From Opitutia bacterium (GTDB lineage Bacteria > Verrucomicrobiota > Verrucomicrobiia > Opitutales > Opitutaceae), in NCBI GenBank assembly GCA_947478395.1, contig CANJVR010000003.1, positions 384,001 to 448,000 of the forward strand: a stretch of 64,000 bases of DNA, read 5' to 3'. Position numbers and translations under genes: made by a program. Shown in pieces: positions 8,067 to 17,527 of this stretch (its first letter is position 1; each line of letters begins with the position of its first letter). Below the pieces are notes generated by a model. It was not told the origin of the DNA and searched no databases. It was given only the letters and a program-made list of their open reading frames with translations.

Positions 8067-11000
8067 ATGCTGCAAGCTCTCGTCCAGTTATCGCTGCGGT
8101 TTCGCGGCGTGGTGCTTTCGCTCGCATGTCTCGTGCTCGCCTACGGCGGCTGGGTGGCGATGCACGCCAAGCTCGATGTGTTTCCGGAGTTTGTGCCGCC
8201 CCAAGTGACGGTGCAAACCGAGGCGCCTGGACTCGCGCCTGAGCAGGTGGAAACGCTTGTCACCCGGCCGATCGAAAACGCGATCAACGGGTTGGGCAGC
8301 CAGGAGTCGCTGCGCTCGGAGACGATTCAGGGACTTTCCGTCATCACCCTTGTTTTTAAGGAAGGCACCGACGTGCAGGTCGCGCGGCAGATGGTGGCGG
8401 AAAAGCTCGGGGAAATCGCGGGCCAGCTCCCGGCGGGCGTTCGTCCGCCGAAACTTTCGCCGTTGGTTTCGTCGACGATGGATCTGCTGAAAGTGGGCCT
8501 CGTCACCGACAAGATGTCGCCGATGGAGCTGCGCACGTTTGCCGATTGGACGTTGAAGCCGCGCCTGTTGTCCGTACCAGGCGTCGCGAAGTGCAGCGTA
8601 TTCGGGGGCGACGTGCGGCAGCTGCAGATTCAAGTTCACCCCGATGAGCTCATCGCCCGTGGGCTTGCGCTCAGCGATGTTTTGACGGCGGCGCGCGCGG
8701 CGAGCGGCGTGCGCGGGGGTGGATTTATCGAGACGCGCAACCAGCGCATCGTGCTCCAAACCGAGGGCCAGCTCCTCACCCCGGAGGAGATCGGCAATAT
8801 CGTAATCGTCACGAGCGCCAGTGGGGCGCCGGTGCGGCTCAAGGACGTCGCGACGGTAGCTTACGGTGCGCAACCGAAAGTTGGCGACGCGCTTGTGATG
8901 GGAAAACCCGGCGTGCTGTTGACGTTGTCGTCGCAGTTCGGGGCGAACACGATGGAGGTGACGAAACTCCTTGAAGCGGCGATCGAGGACCTGAAGCCGT
9001 TGCTCGAGCGCGAGGGGATTACATTTTATCCGCGGCTCCACCGGCCGGCATCGTTCATCGAAGCCTCGTTGACGCACATCCGCGATTCGCTGCTGCTCGG
9101 GGCGGCGTTGGTGGCGCTGATCCTTTTTGTTTTCCTCGGTCATGTGCGGACGGCGTTGATCTCGCTCGCGGCGATTCCGCTGTCGCTGCTCAGCGCGGTG
9201 ATCGTGATGGATCACTTCGGTGTCTCGCTGAACACGATCACGCTGGGCGGTCTGGCGATCGCGCTCGGCGAAGTGGTCGACGATGCGATTATCGACGTGG
9301 AAAACATCGTACGACGCCTGCGCGAAAATGGGACGCTCGCGAAGCCTCGATCCGCGCTGGCGGTCGTGCTGGCAGCGTCGATCGAAGTGCGTAGCGCGGT
9401 CGTCTACGCGACGTTGATCGTGATTCTCGTTTTTGTGCCGGTGCTCACGTTGACCGGTTTGCAGGGGAGCTTCTTCGCGCCGCTGGCGCGCAGCTACATT
9501 TTCGCGATTTTGGCTTCGCTAGTGACGGCGCTGACGGTCACGCCCGCGCTGACGCTGATGTTTTTTTCGCGCCACGCGAAGGAGGCGGCGGCGCCCCGTT
9601 TGCAGGGATTTTTGCGGCGCGGCTACGAGCGGCTGCTGCACGGCGTAGCACGTTATCCCTGGCCGATCATTGTGGCGGTCGTACTGTTCGTCGGGCTGGC
9701 GCTTTCACGGGTGTCGCAGCTCGGCGGGGAATTTCTGCCGGAATTTCGCGAAGGCCATTTCGTGCTCGGCGTTTCGACGGCGCCGGGCGCTTCGCTCGAT
9801 GAAATGCGCCGCATTGGCGAACAGGTTTCCAAGGCGCTGCTGGCAAATCCGCACATCGCCACGGTTGAGCAGCAGATTGGCCGCGCCGAGCTGGGCGAAG
9901 ACACCTGGGGTCCGCACAAATCGGAATTTCACGTGGATCTCAAGCCGCTCACGCCCGACGAGGAGGAGGGCGTCTCGGGAGAAATCCGCCAAGTGCTGGA
10001 GAATGTTCCTGGCATCCAGTTCGAGATTCTCACGTTTCTCGGCGACCGTATCGGCGAGAGCATTAGCGGCGAGACGTCGCCGGTGGTCGTAAATATTTTC
10101 GGTGAAAATCTAGACGTGCTGGACGAAAAGGCGGCCGAGGTGGCGCATGCGCTGGAAGGCGTGCCGGGCGCGGCGGACGTGGAGGTGAAGTCTCCGCCCG
10201 GTGCGCCGCGCATCGCGATCCGGCTGCGACCGGTCGAGCTCACGGCGTTTGGGTTGCGGCCGTTGGATGCGCTCGAGGCCATCGAGACGGCTTACGAAGG
10301 GGCGGTGGTCGGGCAGATTTATCGGGAGAACGAGGTCAACGACATCGCCGTCACGCTCGATCCGGCGAGCCGGCGGAATCCCGAAGACATCGGTGGATTG
10401 ATTCTTTCCAGTGGCTCAGGTCAGCGGGTGCCGTTGCGCGCGGTCGCCGACGTGTTTCGGACCGAAGGGCGTTTTTCAATCCTGCATGACGGAGCACGGC
10501 GCCGGCAGACGATCACCTGCAATCCGACGCGTGACGTGCAGTCTTTTGTGGCGGACGCGCGGCGCATCGTGGCTGACAAGGTCCAGTTGCCGAAGGGCGT
10601 TTATCTGGAGTTTGCCGGTGCGGCCGAGGCGCAGAAAGCGGCGACGCGCGAGCTGCTCCTGCATGCGGCGATCGCAGCGGCGGGGATTTTGTTGCTGCTC
10701 TCGATCGTGCTCGGGCACTGGCGCAACGTGATGGTGGTACTTTTCAATCTGCCTTTCGCCCTGGCGGGCGGCGTGCTCGTGGTCTACCTCGCGAAACTCG
10801 CCGGTTCGGAAAGTGCGGGTGCGCTGACGATGGGTTCGCTGGTGGGCTTTGTGACGCTGTTTGGTGTGACCACGCGCAACGCGATCATGCTGCTCTCGCA
10901 CTACGAGCATCTCGTCCTGTTGGAGGGCCAGACTTGGAATCTGGCGACGGCGATTCGCGGTGCGTCGGAACGGTTGGTCCCGATTTTGATGACAGCGACG

Positions 11001-11186
11001 GTGACCGCGTTGGGGTTGTTGCCGCTGGCGCTGCACAGCGGTGAAGCTGGCTGCGAAATCGAGGGGCCGATGGCGGTGGTGATTCTTGGCGGGCTCGTGA
11101 CATCGACCGCGTTGAATCTGCTGGTGCTCCCGACGCTCTCGCTGCGGTTTGCGCGATTTGAGGCGAAGGCGGACGATTTGGATTAA
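8067..11186 (+). CDS. CzcA/CusA-family (heavy-metal-efflux-like) RND permease
   Basis: 1039 aa; DVFPEF.PPQV.VQTEAPGL.PEQVE, TM4 GEVVDDAIIDVEN, ERLVPILMTA, PMAVVILGGL.TST.LNL. Confidence 0.93.
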   Translation: MLQALVQLSLRFRGVVLSLACLVLAYGGWVAMHAKLDVFPEFVPPQVTVQTEAPGLAPEQVETLVTRPIENAINGLGSQESLRSETIQGLSVITLVFKEGTDVQVARQMVAEKLGEIAGQLPAGVRPPKLSPLVSSTMDLLKVGLVTDKMSPMELRTFADWTLKPRLLSVPGVAKCSVFGGDVRQLQIQVHPDELIARGLALSDVLTAARAASGVRGGGFIETRNQRIVLQTEGQLLTPEEIGNIVIVTSASGAPVRLKDVATVAYGAQPKVGDALVMGKPGVLLTLSSQFGANTMEVTKLLEAAIEDLKPLLEREGITFYPRLHRPASFIEASLTHIRDSLLLGAALVALILFVFLGHVRTALISLAAIPLSLLSAVIVMDHFGVSLNTITLGGLAIALGEVVDDAIIDVENIVRRLRENGTLAKPRSALAVVLAASIEVRSAVVYATLIVILVFVPVLTLTGLQGSFFAPLARSYIFAILASLVTALTVTPALTLMFFSRHAKEAAAPRLQGFLRRGYERLLHGVARYPWPIIVAVVLFVGLALSRVSQLGGEFLPEFREGHFVLGVSTAPGASLDEMRRIGEQVSKALLANPHIATVEQQIGRAELGEDTWGPHKSEFHVDLKPLTPDEEEGVSGEIRQVLENVPGIQFEILTFLGDRIGESISGETSPVVVNIFGENLDVLDEKAAEVAHALEGVPGAADVEVKSPPGAPRIAIRLRPVELTAFGLRPLDALEAIETAYEGAVVGQIYRENEVNDIAVTLDPASRRNPEDIGGLILSSGSGQRVPLRAVADVFRTEGRFSILHDGARRRQTITCNPTRDVQSFVADARRIVADKVQLPKGVYLEFAGAAEAQKAATRELLLHAAIAAAGILLLLSIVLGHWRNVMVVLFNLPFALAGGVLVVYLAKLAGSESAGALTMGSLVGFVTLFGVTTRNAIMLLSHYEHLVLLEGQTWNLATAIRGASERLVPILMTATVTALGLLPLALHSGEAGCEIEGPMAVVILGGLVTSTALNLLVLPTLSLRFARFEAKADDLD

Positions 11187-11240
11187 GTCGGGCGGCGAGG
11201 AAATCTTGCCGTGAGCCGCGCACTGGGTGGACTCCCCTTC

Positions 11241-12140
11241 ATGGCACTCTGGGGCATCGACTTGGGCGGAACGAAAATCGAAGGGGCCATGATCGATCCG
11301 GCACGACCGGGCGAGGCTTTGCACCGGCTGCGGGTGCCGACTGAGAGCGCCAAAGGTTACGAGCACGTCGTCAGTCAAATCGAGTTAGTCGTGAGCGAGC
11401 TCGAGCGCGTTTCCGGGCAGCGGCGCCCGGCGAAGATCGGGATCGGCACGCCGGGAGCCACGGAGCCGTCCACGGGACGGCTGAAAAATTCGAACACCAC
11501 GTGTTTGAACGGCCGGCCGTTGGCGGCGGATTTGTCGGCGAAGCTGGGGGTGCGCGCGAGTTTGGCCAACGACGCGAATTGTTGTGCGCTGGCCGAGGCC
11601 ACGCTGGGCGCGGGGCGCGGACGCAGCGTGGTGTTTGGCGTCATCGTCGGCACGGGGGTGGGCGGGGGCATCGTGGTAAACGCCCGTTTGATTGACGGTC
11701 GTCACGGCATCGCCGGCGAGTGGGGCCACAACCCGATGCGGGGAGAAACGGCGCGGTGCTATTGCGGGCGGACGGGTTGTGTTGAAACGGTATTCTCCGG
11801 GCCGGCGCTGGAGCGCTTTTACCAGGATAGCGGCGGCGAGGCGCTGCGTTTGCCGGAAATCGTGCGCCGGGCGGACGCCGGTGAACTGCGTGCGACCGCG
11901 ACCTTGGACCGACTCGTGGAAAAATTTGGCGAGGCGATCGCGGCCGTGATCAACCTCCTCGATCCCGACGCGGTGGTGATCGGCGGGGGCGTGGGCAATC
12001 TCGACCTGCTCTACACCGAGCGCACGCGCCAGGCGGTCCTGGCCCACGTATTTAACCCGGAGCTGCAGACGGAGTTTCTGCGGCCGCAACTGGGCGACAG
12101 CGCCGGGGTGTTCGGCGCCGCGATGTTAGGGGCGGATTGA
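11241..12140 (+). CDS. ROK-family sugar kinase (fructokinase/Mak-like)
   Basis: GIDLGGTKIE, NDANCCALAE, GTGVGGG, GEWGH, zinc motif CYCGRTGCVE. Confidence 0.9.
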   Translation: MALWGIDLGGTKIEGAMIDPARPGEALHRLRVPTESAKGYEHVVSQIELVVSELERVSGQRRPAKIGIGTPGATEPSTGRLKNSNTTCLNGRPLAADLSAKLGVRASLANDANCCALAEATLGAGRGRSVVFGVIVGTGVGGGIVVNARLIDGRHGIAGEWGHNPMRGETARCYCGRTGCVETVFSGPALERFYQDSGGEALRLPEIVRRADAGELRATATLDRLVEKFGEAIAAVINLLDPDAVVIGGGVGNLDLLYTERTRQAVLAHVFNPELQTEFLRPQLGDSAGVFGAAMLGAD

Positions 12141-12186
12141 CCGTGCGAGGTATAGAGCGGCTTAAGTTTTTCCGTGGCCGCTTTTG

Positions 12187-12256
12187 GTAGTGGCCGGCGT
12201 CTCTGCCGGCCGAGTTCGGCGTCCCCATTTCGGCAGGCAGGGACGCCTGCCGCTAC
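12187..12256. repeat. GTAG-headed REP doublet (REPIN-like), family A
   Basis: Arms GTAGTGGCCGGCGTCTCTGCCGGCCG (12187-12212) and inverted CGGCAGGCAGGGACGCCTGCCGCTAC (12231-12256). The right arm recurs at 55307-55332 with 1 mismatch. Confidence 0.75.
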
Positions 12257-12330
12257 GTCGTTTGCGGCTACGCTTTTGGTTAAGCTGCTCTAGACTTGTG
12301 CCTCCGGCTAAATCGACCGGTATGGTCGCC

Positions 12331-13089
12331 ATGCGTTTTTCACTGCATCGTATCGCCCTCGTTGCTTTTGCGCTGGCGCTGACGTCAAGGGCTGCGGTCG
12401 CCGCGCCCACGCTGCACTTGGTCGGTGACTCAACGATGGCCGACAAGAAGAAGTCTCCGCCCAATCCCGAGACCGGTTGGGGTCAGGCGTTGCCGGCGTT
12501 TTTCCGTGATTCGACGCAGGTCAAAAATTATGCGGCCGATGGCCGGAGCACGAAGAGCTTCATCGACGAGGGGCGTTGGGCCAAAGTCGTGGCGGCGTTA
12601 CAGGCTGGTGATTTCGTGATCATCCAGTTCGGGCACAACGATGAGAAGGCGGACCGGCCGGACGTCTACGCGGCGTCCCGAGGCGCTTATCAGGATAACC
12701 TCCGCCGTTTGATCCGCGATGTGCGAGAGCACGGGGCAGTGCCGATTCTCGCGACCTCGGTGGCGCGTCGAAAATGGAATGTTGCCGGTGATCAACTCGT
12801 TGAAACCCACGGAGATTATCTGGCTGCGCTGACGGCCGTGGCGGTCGAGCAGAAGGTGCCGTTACTTGAACTCAACCGGCTTACGACGGAATTGGAGCGC
12901 GCGCACGGCGTCGAAGGCTCTAAGAAACTACATCTCTATTACGGCGCGGGTGAATTCAGCCGCTGGCCCGACGGCGTGAAGGATGACACGCATTATTCCG
13001 AATATGGAGCGGCCCGTGTCGCGGCGCTCGCGGTGCAGGAGTTCCTGCGCCTGCAGTTGCCGCTGTCGACCTGGCTGAAGGACAAATAG
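12331..13089 (+). CDS. SGNH/GDSL rhamnogalacturonan acetylesterase-like protein (CE12)
   Basis: Signal peptide; GDSTM, GWGQ, GRSTKSF, IQFGHND, DDTH catalytic blocks. Alternative ATG at 12322. Confidence 0.9.
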   Translation: MRFSLHRIALVAFALALTSRAAVAAPTLHLVGDSTMADKKKSPPNPETGWGQALPAFFRDSTQVKNYAADGRSTKSFIDEGRWAKVVAALQAGDFVIIQFGHNDEKADRPDVYAASRGAYQDNLRRLIRDVREHGAVPILATSVARRKWNVAGDQLVETHGDYLAALTAVAVEQKVPLLELNRLTTELERAHGVEGSKKLHLYYGAGEFSRWPDGVKDDTHYSEYGAARVAALAVQEFLRLQLPLSTWLKDK

Positions 13090-13148
13090 CCGTCGAGCGG
13101 TTCTAAGGCGCGCCCGCCCGTAGGTCACATCTCTGCGCCTCGATGCTC

Positions 13149-14189
13149 TCAGGCTTTCTTGGCTAGCGCGGCGGAAACCAGCGTGGGGCCATCGACCCAA
13201 TGACCGGGAATCATGGTGGTCGACGCGGGGTCGGGAATACCGCGCTCGTTGCGCTGCAGCTGGGCGATGAGCAACTCGACCCCGCGGGCGCCTAGCGTGT
13301 GAGGATGCAGGTCGAGCCCGGCACAAGGGCGGTCTTGCTGGGTGACGTTGAGGCAGAAAAATCCGTGGGTCTTTGGTACCCGTGCACCGCAGGCGGTCAT
13401 CCAGTCGATGAGGTCCGTCGAGTGCCCGATCACCACATCAGGCTCGTAGCGCTTGAACCATTTTGTGAAAGCGGGCGCGTTGATTTCCGAGAGGATCAAC
13501 GGCGGGATGTTTTCCGCGTCGGCGTGATTGCGCTGAAACGACGTGAAGGCGCCAGCCCAGCGATGCTGGAGGCGTTCATCTTGATGCTGGTTGAGGACGA
13601 TCCCGGGCTTTTGGTAACCGAGACTTCTCAACCGCTCCAGCGCGCCGATCAGGGAGCGGTGATGGTCTGAGCAGACCGAGTGCAGGGCGGGGCGCTCGAT
13701 CGCATAGTCGCTGTAAATCCCCGCGTAGCGCGACCAGTCGAGTTTGGAGAAATCGGGCGTATTCCACGCGGGGAGGAGCAGCACGCCTTGAATGCCGCGC
13801 GACTGCAGAATCGTGTCCAAGCGCGCGACGGTCACGCCCTGTTGGCCCACGAGGAAAGTTTGCAGTTTGAACCCAAGTTCGCCGGCCCGGTTGCGTGCGC
13901 CCTCGGTCAGCGCGGTGTGAAAACGACCGGCATCGGTCGGCCGCGTGGCCTCATCAAGGTCGACGGCGGCAATGACGCCGCGAAACATTTGATTCCGGGA
14001 GCGGCGGACCTCCGACATGACGGCTCCCACGAGTGGATTGGGGCGATACCCGGCAGCAGCTGCGGCAGCTTTGACGCGCGCGGCGGTTTCAGGCCGAACA
14101 CAGGCAGACCCCCGCAGGGCTTCAGACACGGTGGTACGCGATAATCCCAAGGAAGCGGCAAGGGTACGAACGGTGGCGTTGGCGGGCAT
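13149..14189 (-). CDS. LacI-family transcriptional regulator
   Basis: N-terminal HTH TVRTLAASLGLSRTTVSEALRG...GYRPNP, followed by a periplasmic-binding-like domain. Confidence 0.88.
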   Translation of the reverse strand: MPANATVRTLAASLGLSRTTVSEALRGSACVRPETAARVKAAAAAAGYRPNPLVGAVMSEVRRSRNQMFRGVIAAVDLDEATRPTDAGRFHTALTEGARNRAGELGFKLQTFLVGQQGVTVARLDTILQSRGIQGVLLLPAWNTPDFSKLDWSRYAGIYSDYAIERPALHSVCSDHHRSLIGALERLRSLGYQKPGIVLNQHQDERLQHRWAGAFTSFQRNHADAENIPPLILSEINAPAFTKWFKRYEPDVVIGHSTDLIDWMTACGARVPKTHGFFCLNVTQQDRPCAGLDLHPHTLGARGVELLIAQLQRNERGIPDPASTTMIPGHWVDGPTLVSAALAKKA

Positions 14190-14391
14190 GAAAAAAGGCT
14201 AGGGGCTCGCTTGGCGTGACGGGGCAGTCACGCGCATGGTATAATCGGTCACAGCCGGGAATGACGCGTGCGCAGGATAAAAGGCGCGCAAGAAATTAAC
14301 TGTCCGATTTCGATGCGGCTTCAGGCTCAAGCATCGCGTCGCCCACCCTTTGCTTTGTGAAAAAGGGTGGGGCGCGTGATCGATCCCCGAT

Positions 14392-15399
14392 TCAATAGTT
14401 AACGAAGTACCCCTGCAAAACCCGCGAGTCTTGGCTCACCGTGAGGCCGAGCATGAGGAGGACACGGGCCTTTTGCGGGTTAAGCTCGTCGGCGGCGATG
14501 AAGTCCAGCCGGTCATCGTCGATCTCGATATTGCGTTCGACCACGCCGCCGCCCGTGCGTGAGCTGCGGACGATGGCGACGCCGGATTTCGCCGCGGCGG
14601 CCGAGGCGGCGAGGGCCAGCGCGCCCAAGTTACCGTCACCGACGCCAGCGATCACCAGACCGCGGGCGCCGGCGGCGACAGCCGCGTCGATGAGAGTTCG
14701 ATCCATGCCGGCGTGGGCAAAAACAATATCAACCCGCGGCAGGGCGCCGCGTACCGGCAGGGTGAACTCGCTCGCGGCGGTGTGGCGCCGCACGGGAGGG
14801 GCGTAAAAGTGCGGTCGCCCGGCGTTGACCAAGCCGGCGAGTCCGCGATGGCCGCTGTTAAAGGTGCCGAGTTGCGTGGTGTTGGTTTTCGCCACTTCGC
14901 GTGCGAAATGAATCTCGTCGTTGGCGACGATGAGGACACCCCGGCCACGCGCTGCTGGCGTCGTGGCGACGGCGACGGCGTTGAAAAGATTCATTGGGCC
15001 GTCGGCGCTCATGGCGTTGGCCGGCCGCATCGCGCCCACGAGCACAATGGGTTTTTCGGTGTGAACGACCAGGTTTAGAAAATAGCCGGTTTCCTCCATC
15101 GTGTCGGTGCCATGAGTGATCACGACGCCGGCGATCGTGGGATCGTCGAGTGCGGCCTGCGTGCGGGCGGCGAGCTTACGCCATGTCGCCTCGTCCATGT
15201 CCTGCGAGCCGATCGCGGCGACTTGCTCGACATCGATCCGGGCGAGTTCGCGCAGCCGGGGCACGGCGGCGATGAGGGCTTCCGCCGAAAAGACGGCCGA
15301 CTTGTAACCGCGCGCGCCGCGGGCTTGAGCGCCTGCGATGGTGCCGCCCGTGGCAAGGACGCGGACGCGCGGCAGGAGCGTTGAAGCGGGACGAGGCAT
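14392..15399 (-). CDS. L-asparaginase (type II-like sequence, no signal peptide)
   Basis: ATGGTIAG and HGTDTMEET catalytic motifs; GAMRP, SADGPMNL, LNPQKAR. Confidence 0.93.
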   Translation of the reverse strand: MPRPASTLLPRVRVLATGGTIAGAQARGARGYKSAVFSAEALIAAVPRLRELARIDVEQVAAIGSQDMDEATWRKLAARTQAALDDPTIAGVVITHGTDTMEETGYFLNLVVHTEKPIVLVGAMRPANAMSADGPMNLFNAVAVATTPAARGRGVLIVANDEIHFAREVAKTNTTQLGTFNSGHRGLAGLVNAGRPHFYAPPVRRHTAASEFTLPVRGALPRVDIVFAHAGMDRTLIDAAVAAGARGLVIAGVGDGNLGALALAASAAAAKSGVAIVRSSRTGGGVVERNIEIDDDRLDFIAADELNPQKARVLLMLGLTVSQDSRVLQGYFVNY

Positions 15400-15640
15400 G
15401 CGTGGAAGCTAAGTCGCGCCCGGACGTGCTCAAAGTTTTTCGGTAACGATAGATTGGTCGCGTTTGGTCTCGGGCAGGTCGCGACGGGAGTAGCGGCGTT
15501 ACGGGCCGGGAAAATCAGAACGGCCGCCGTGGTTTGGCCGCTAACTGGGCGCAATATCGAGGCCGGCGTTCATACCCGGATCGTGGGCCATGGGGCCCAT
15601 GGGTCGCGATGGCCGCAGCGGCCGGCGGTCTGATTTCCTA

Positions 15641-15735
15641 AAGGTAGGGCGGGTTATCCTTAACCCGCCGCTGCGACTCGGCTCACTCGGAGCTCGGCGC
15701 CAAACCGGCGGATTAGGGATAATCCGCCCTACCTT
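15641..15735. repeat. GTAG-headed REP doublet (REPIN-like), family B
   Basis: 30-nt inverted arms at 15641-15670 and 15706-15735 (27/30 match). Each arm is a hairpin GGCGG(G/A)TTA-TCC(T/C)-TAA(C/T)CCGCC preceded by GTAG. Confidence 0.8.
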
Positions 15736-15742
15736 AAGCTCC

Positions 15743-17527
15743 TCACGGCTTGAGCGCCGGCTCGTACCATTCGCGGCGGAGCCAGTCGACGACGAGGCTG
15801 AGTTCCTGCTCGGTCAGCAACTTCTCGGTGCCGAAGGCCGGCATGCGGTCGTTGCGCCGGCCGTAGAAACGCGCGTGGCTCGGGTCCGAGATGAAAGCGA
15901 GCAGCCAGGCGCGCGACCCGTAGCCCGTCAGGTCCGGCGCGGTGCTGTCGTCGTTGGGCGCGTGAAACTGGTGGCAATTTGTACAGCCCATGTCAGCGCC
16001 GGCGATCAGACGCCGGCCTTCGTCGATGATCGCGGTGTCGCGGAGATCGACGGCGGTTTGCGACGGGAGGGCGGCTTCGCCGGAGAGGGCGACGATGACT
16101 TTTTGCAGGCGGGCCTGGTCGGCGGGCGTAAATTTCGCGATGTCGTCCTTCACGAATTTTACCATCTCGCCCGAGCGCGCTTTTGAACCGCCAAAATAGT
16201 GAGGACCGTCGACTTGTTTGGGATCGAGCAGACCAGCGATCCATTCGCGGCTGGCGAAACCCTTCAGGTCGGAGGCACTCAGGGCATCTTTTGGCTGGCC
16301 GCCGAGGCCGTCGTGACCGTCGAAGCGATGGCAACTCGCACAGTTTTTCGCGAAGAGCTTCGGGCCTTGAGTGAACGGATCATTACGGAGCAACGTGATC
16401 GCGCCGGTGGGCGGAATACCGTTGGGCGATTGGGCGAGCTCAACGACGCGATGCGCATCACGTTCCGCGACGGCGACGCTGGCGATAAAGGGCAGATCGG
16501 CGTGGTCGGCCTTTTGCTGAAGGACCGTTAATGCGACGATCCCAGCGAGCATGATCCAAAGAAACCCGAGGTTGAAGCGGTGCCCGAGTTTCCATTTTCC
16601 GATGAACGGCATGGCGGCCAGAATGAGCATGACCACGGAGGGAATCACGATCGCGCCCCAAATCTCGTTCTCGCCGGGGAAATATTTTAGCAGCTCAAAC
16701 AGGAAGAGAAAATACCACTCGGGCCGGGCGGGGAAATTTTCCGAGGGATCAGCCGGCGCGCCGAGTTCAGCGCCGTGAGCGCGGAACACCAGAAACAGCA
16801 CCGTCAGCATGACCGCGAAACACGCGATGGCGTCGCGCAGGACTTGATCGGGCCAAAAGGCCGCGTCGGGGCGACGCCGAGGTTCGGCGGGTGTGATGCC
16901 GTGCTTTCGAAAAAGGTAAATGTGCGCGACAATGAAAGCGATGATCGCACCGGGAATAAAACCGGCATGCAGCGCAAAAAATCGGGTCAGCGTGTGGTGC
17001 CCGTAGGTATTGCCGCCCACGATGATTTTTTGCAGCGACGGCCCAATGACGGGCGTGATCGCGGCGATATTGGTGGCGACGGTCGTCGCCCACAGCCCTT
17101 TTTGGTCCCAAGGGAGCAAGTAGCCTGTCAGCGACAGCGCCAGCGTGAGCAGCAACAGCACGATCCCGGACCAGAAGTTAACTTCGCGCGGCGCTTTGTA
17201 GGCGCCGTCGATCACGACCTGCATGAGGTGGAAAACGAGCAACACCGTCATCGCCTGCGCCGTGAAGTGATGGATGCCGCGCAGAAACCAGCCGCCCCAC
17301 ATCACGTGCTGGATAAAATAAACGCTCTCCCAAGCGGTTTGGGAACTCGGACTGTAAGCGATCCAGAGAAACAGCCCGGTGATCACCTGAACGGTGAAGC
17401 AAAAGGCGAGCGTGCTGCCCCAAATATAGCGCCACCGGGCCCCGCCCGGCACGTTTTCGAAGAGCGTTTCGTGCAGCAGCTTTTTGTAGCCCGTGCGTTG
17501 GTCGAGCCAGTCGAGGGACGCTTTCAT
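15743..17527 (-). CDS. Cytochrome b (b6-like N-terminus plus subunit-IV-like part) fused to a diheme cytochrome c
   Basis: Heme-b His pairs (GIHHF...VFHL; ALHAG...VAHIY), GYLLPWDQ, Qo motif PEWY, two CxxCH motifs (CASCH, CTNCH) and MPAF. Start moved to ATG 17527. Confidence 0.9.
   Translation of the reverse strand: MKASLDWLDQRTGYKKLLHETLFENVPGGARWRYIWGSTLAFCFTVQVITGLFLWIAYSPSSQTAWESVYFIQHVMWGGWFLRGIHHFTAQAMTVLLVFHLMQVVIDGAYKAPREVNFWSGIVLLLLTLALSLTGYLLPWDQKGLWATTVATNIAAITPVIGPSLQKIIVGGNTYGHHTLTRFFALHAGFIPGAIIAFIVAHIYLFRKHGITPAEPRRRPDAAFWPDQVLRDAIACFAVMLTVLFLVFRAHGAELGAPADPSENFPARPEWYFLFLFELLKYFPGENEIWGAIVIPSVVMLILAAMPFIGKWKLGHRFNLGFLWIMLAGIVALTVLQQKADHADLPFIASVAVAERDAHRVVELAQSPNGIPPTGAITLLRNDPFTQGPKLFAKNCASCHRFDGHDGLGGQPKDALSASDLKGFASREWIAGLLDPKQVDGPHYFGGSKARSGEMVKFVKDDIAKFTPADQARLQKVIVALSGEAALPSQTAVDLRDTAIIDEGRRLIAGADMGCTNCHQFHAPNDDSTAPDLTGYGSRAWLLAFISDPSHARFYGRRNDRMPAFGTEKLLTEQELSLVVDWLRREWYEPALKP

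Noticed and set aside
8088..11378. Long antisense ORFs (375 aa, 300 aa) opposite the RND gene, and similar ones opposite pfk, purB, arnC, the phosphatase and cyclophilins
   Set aside because: Expected stop-poor antisense frames in high-GC coding DNA; no family motifs.
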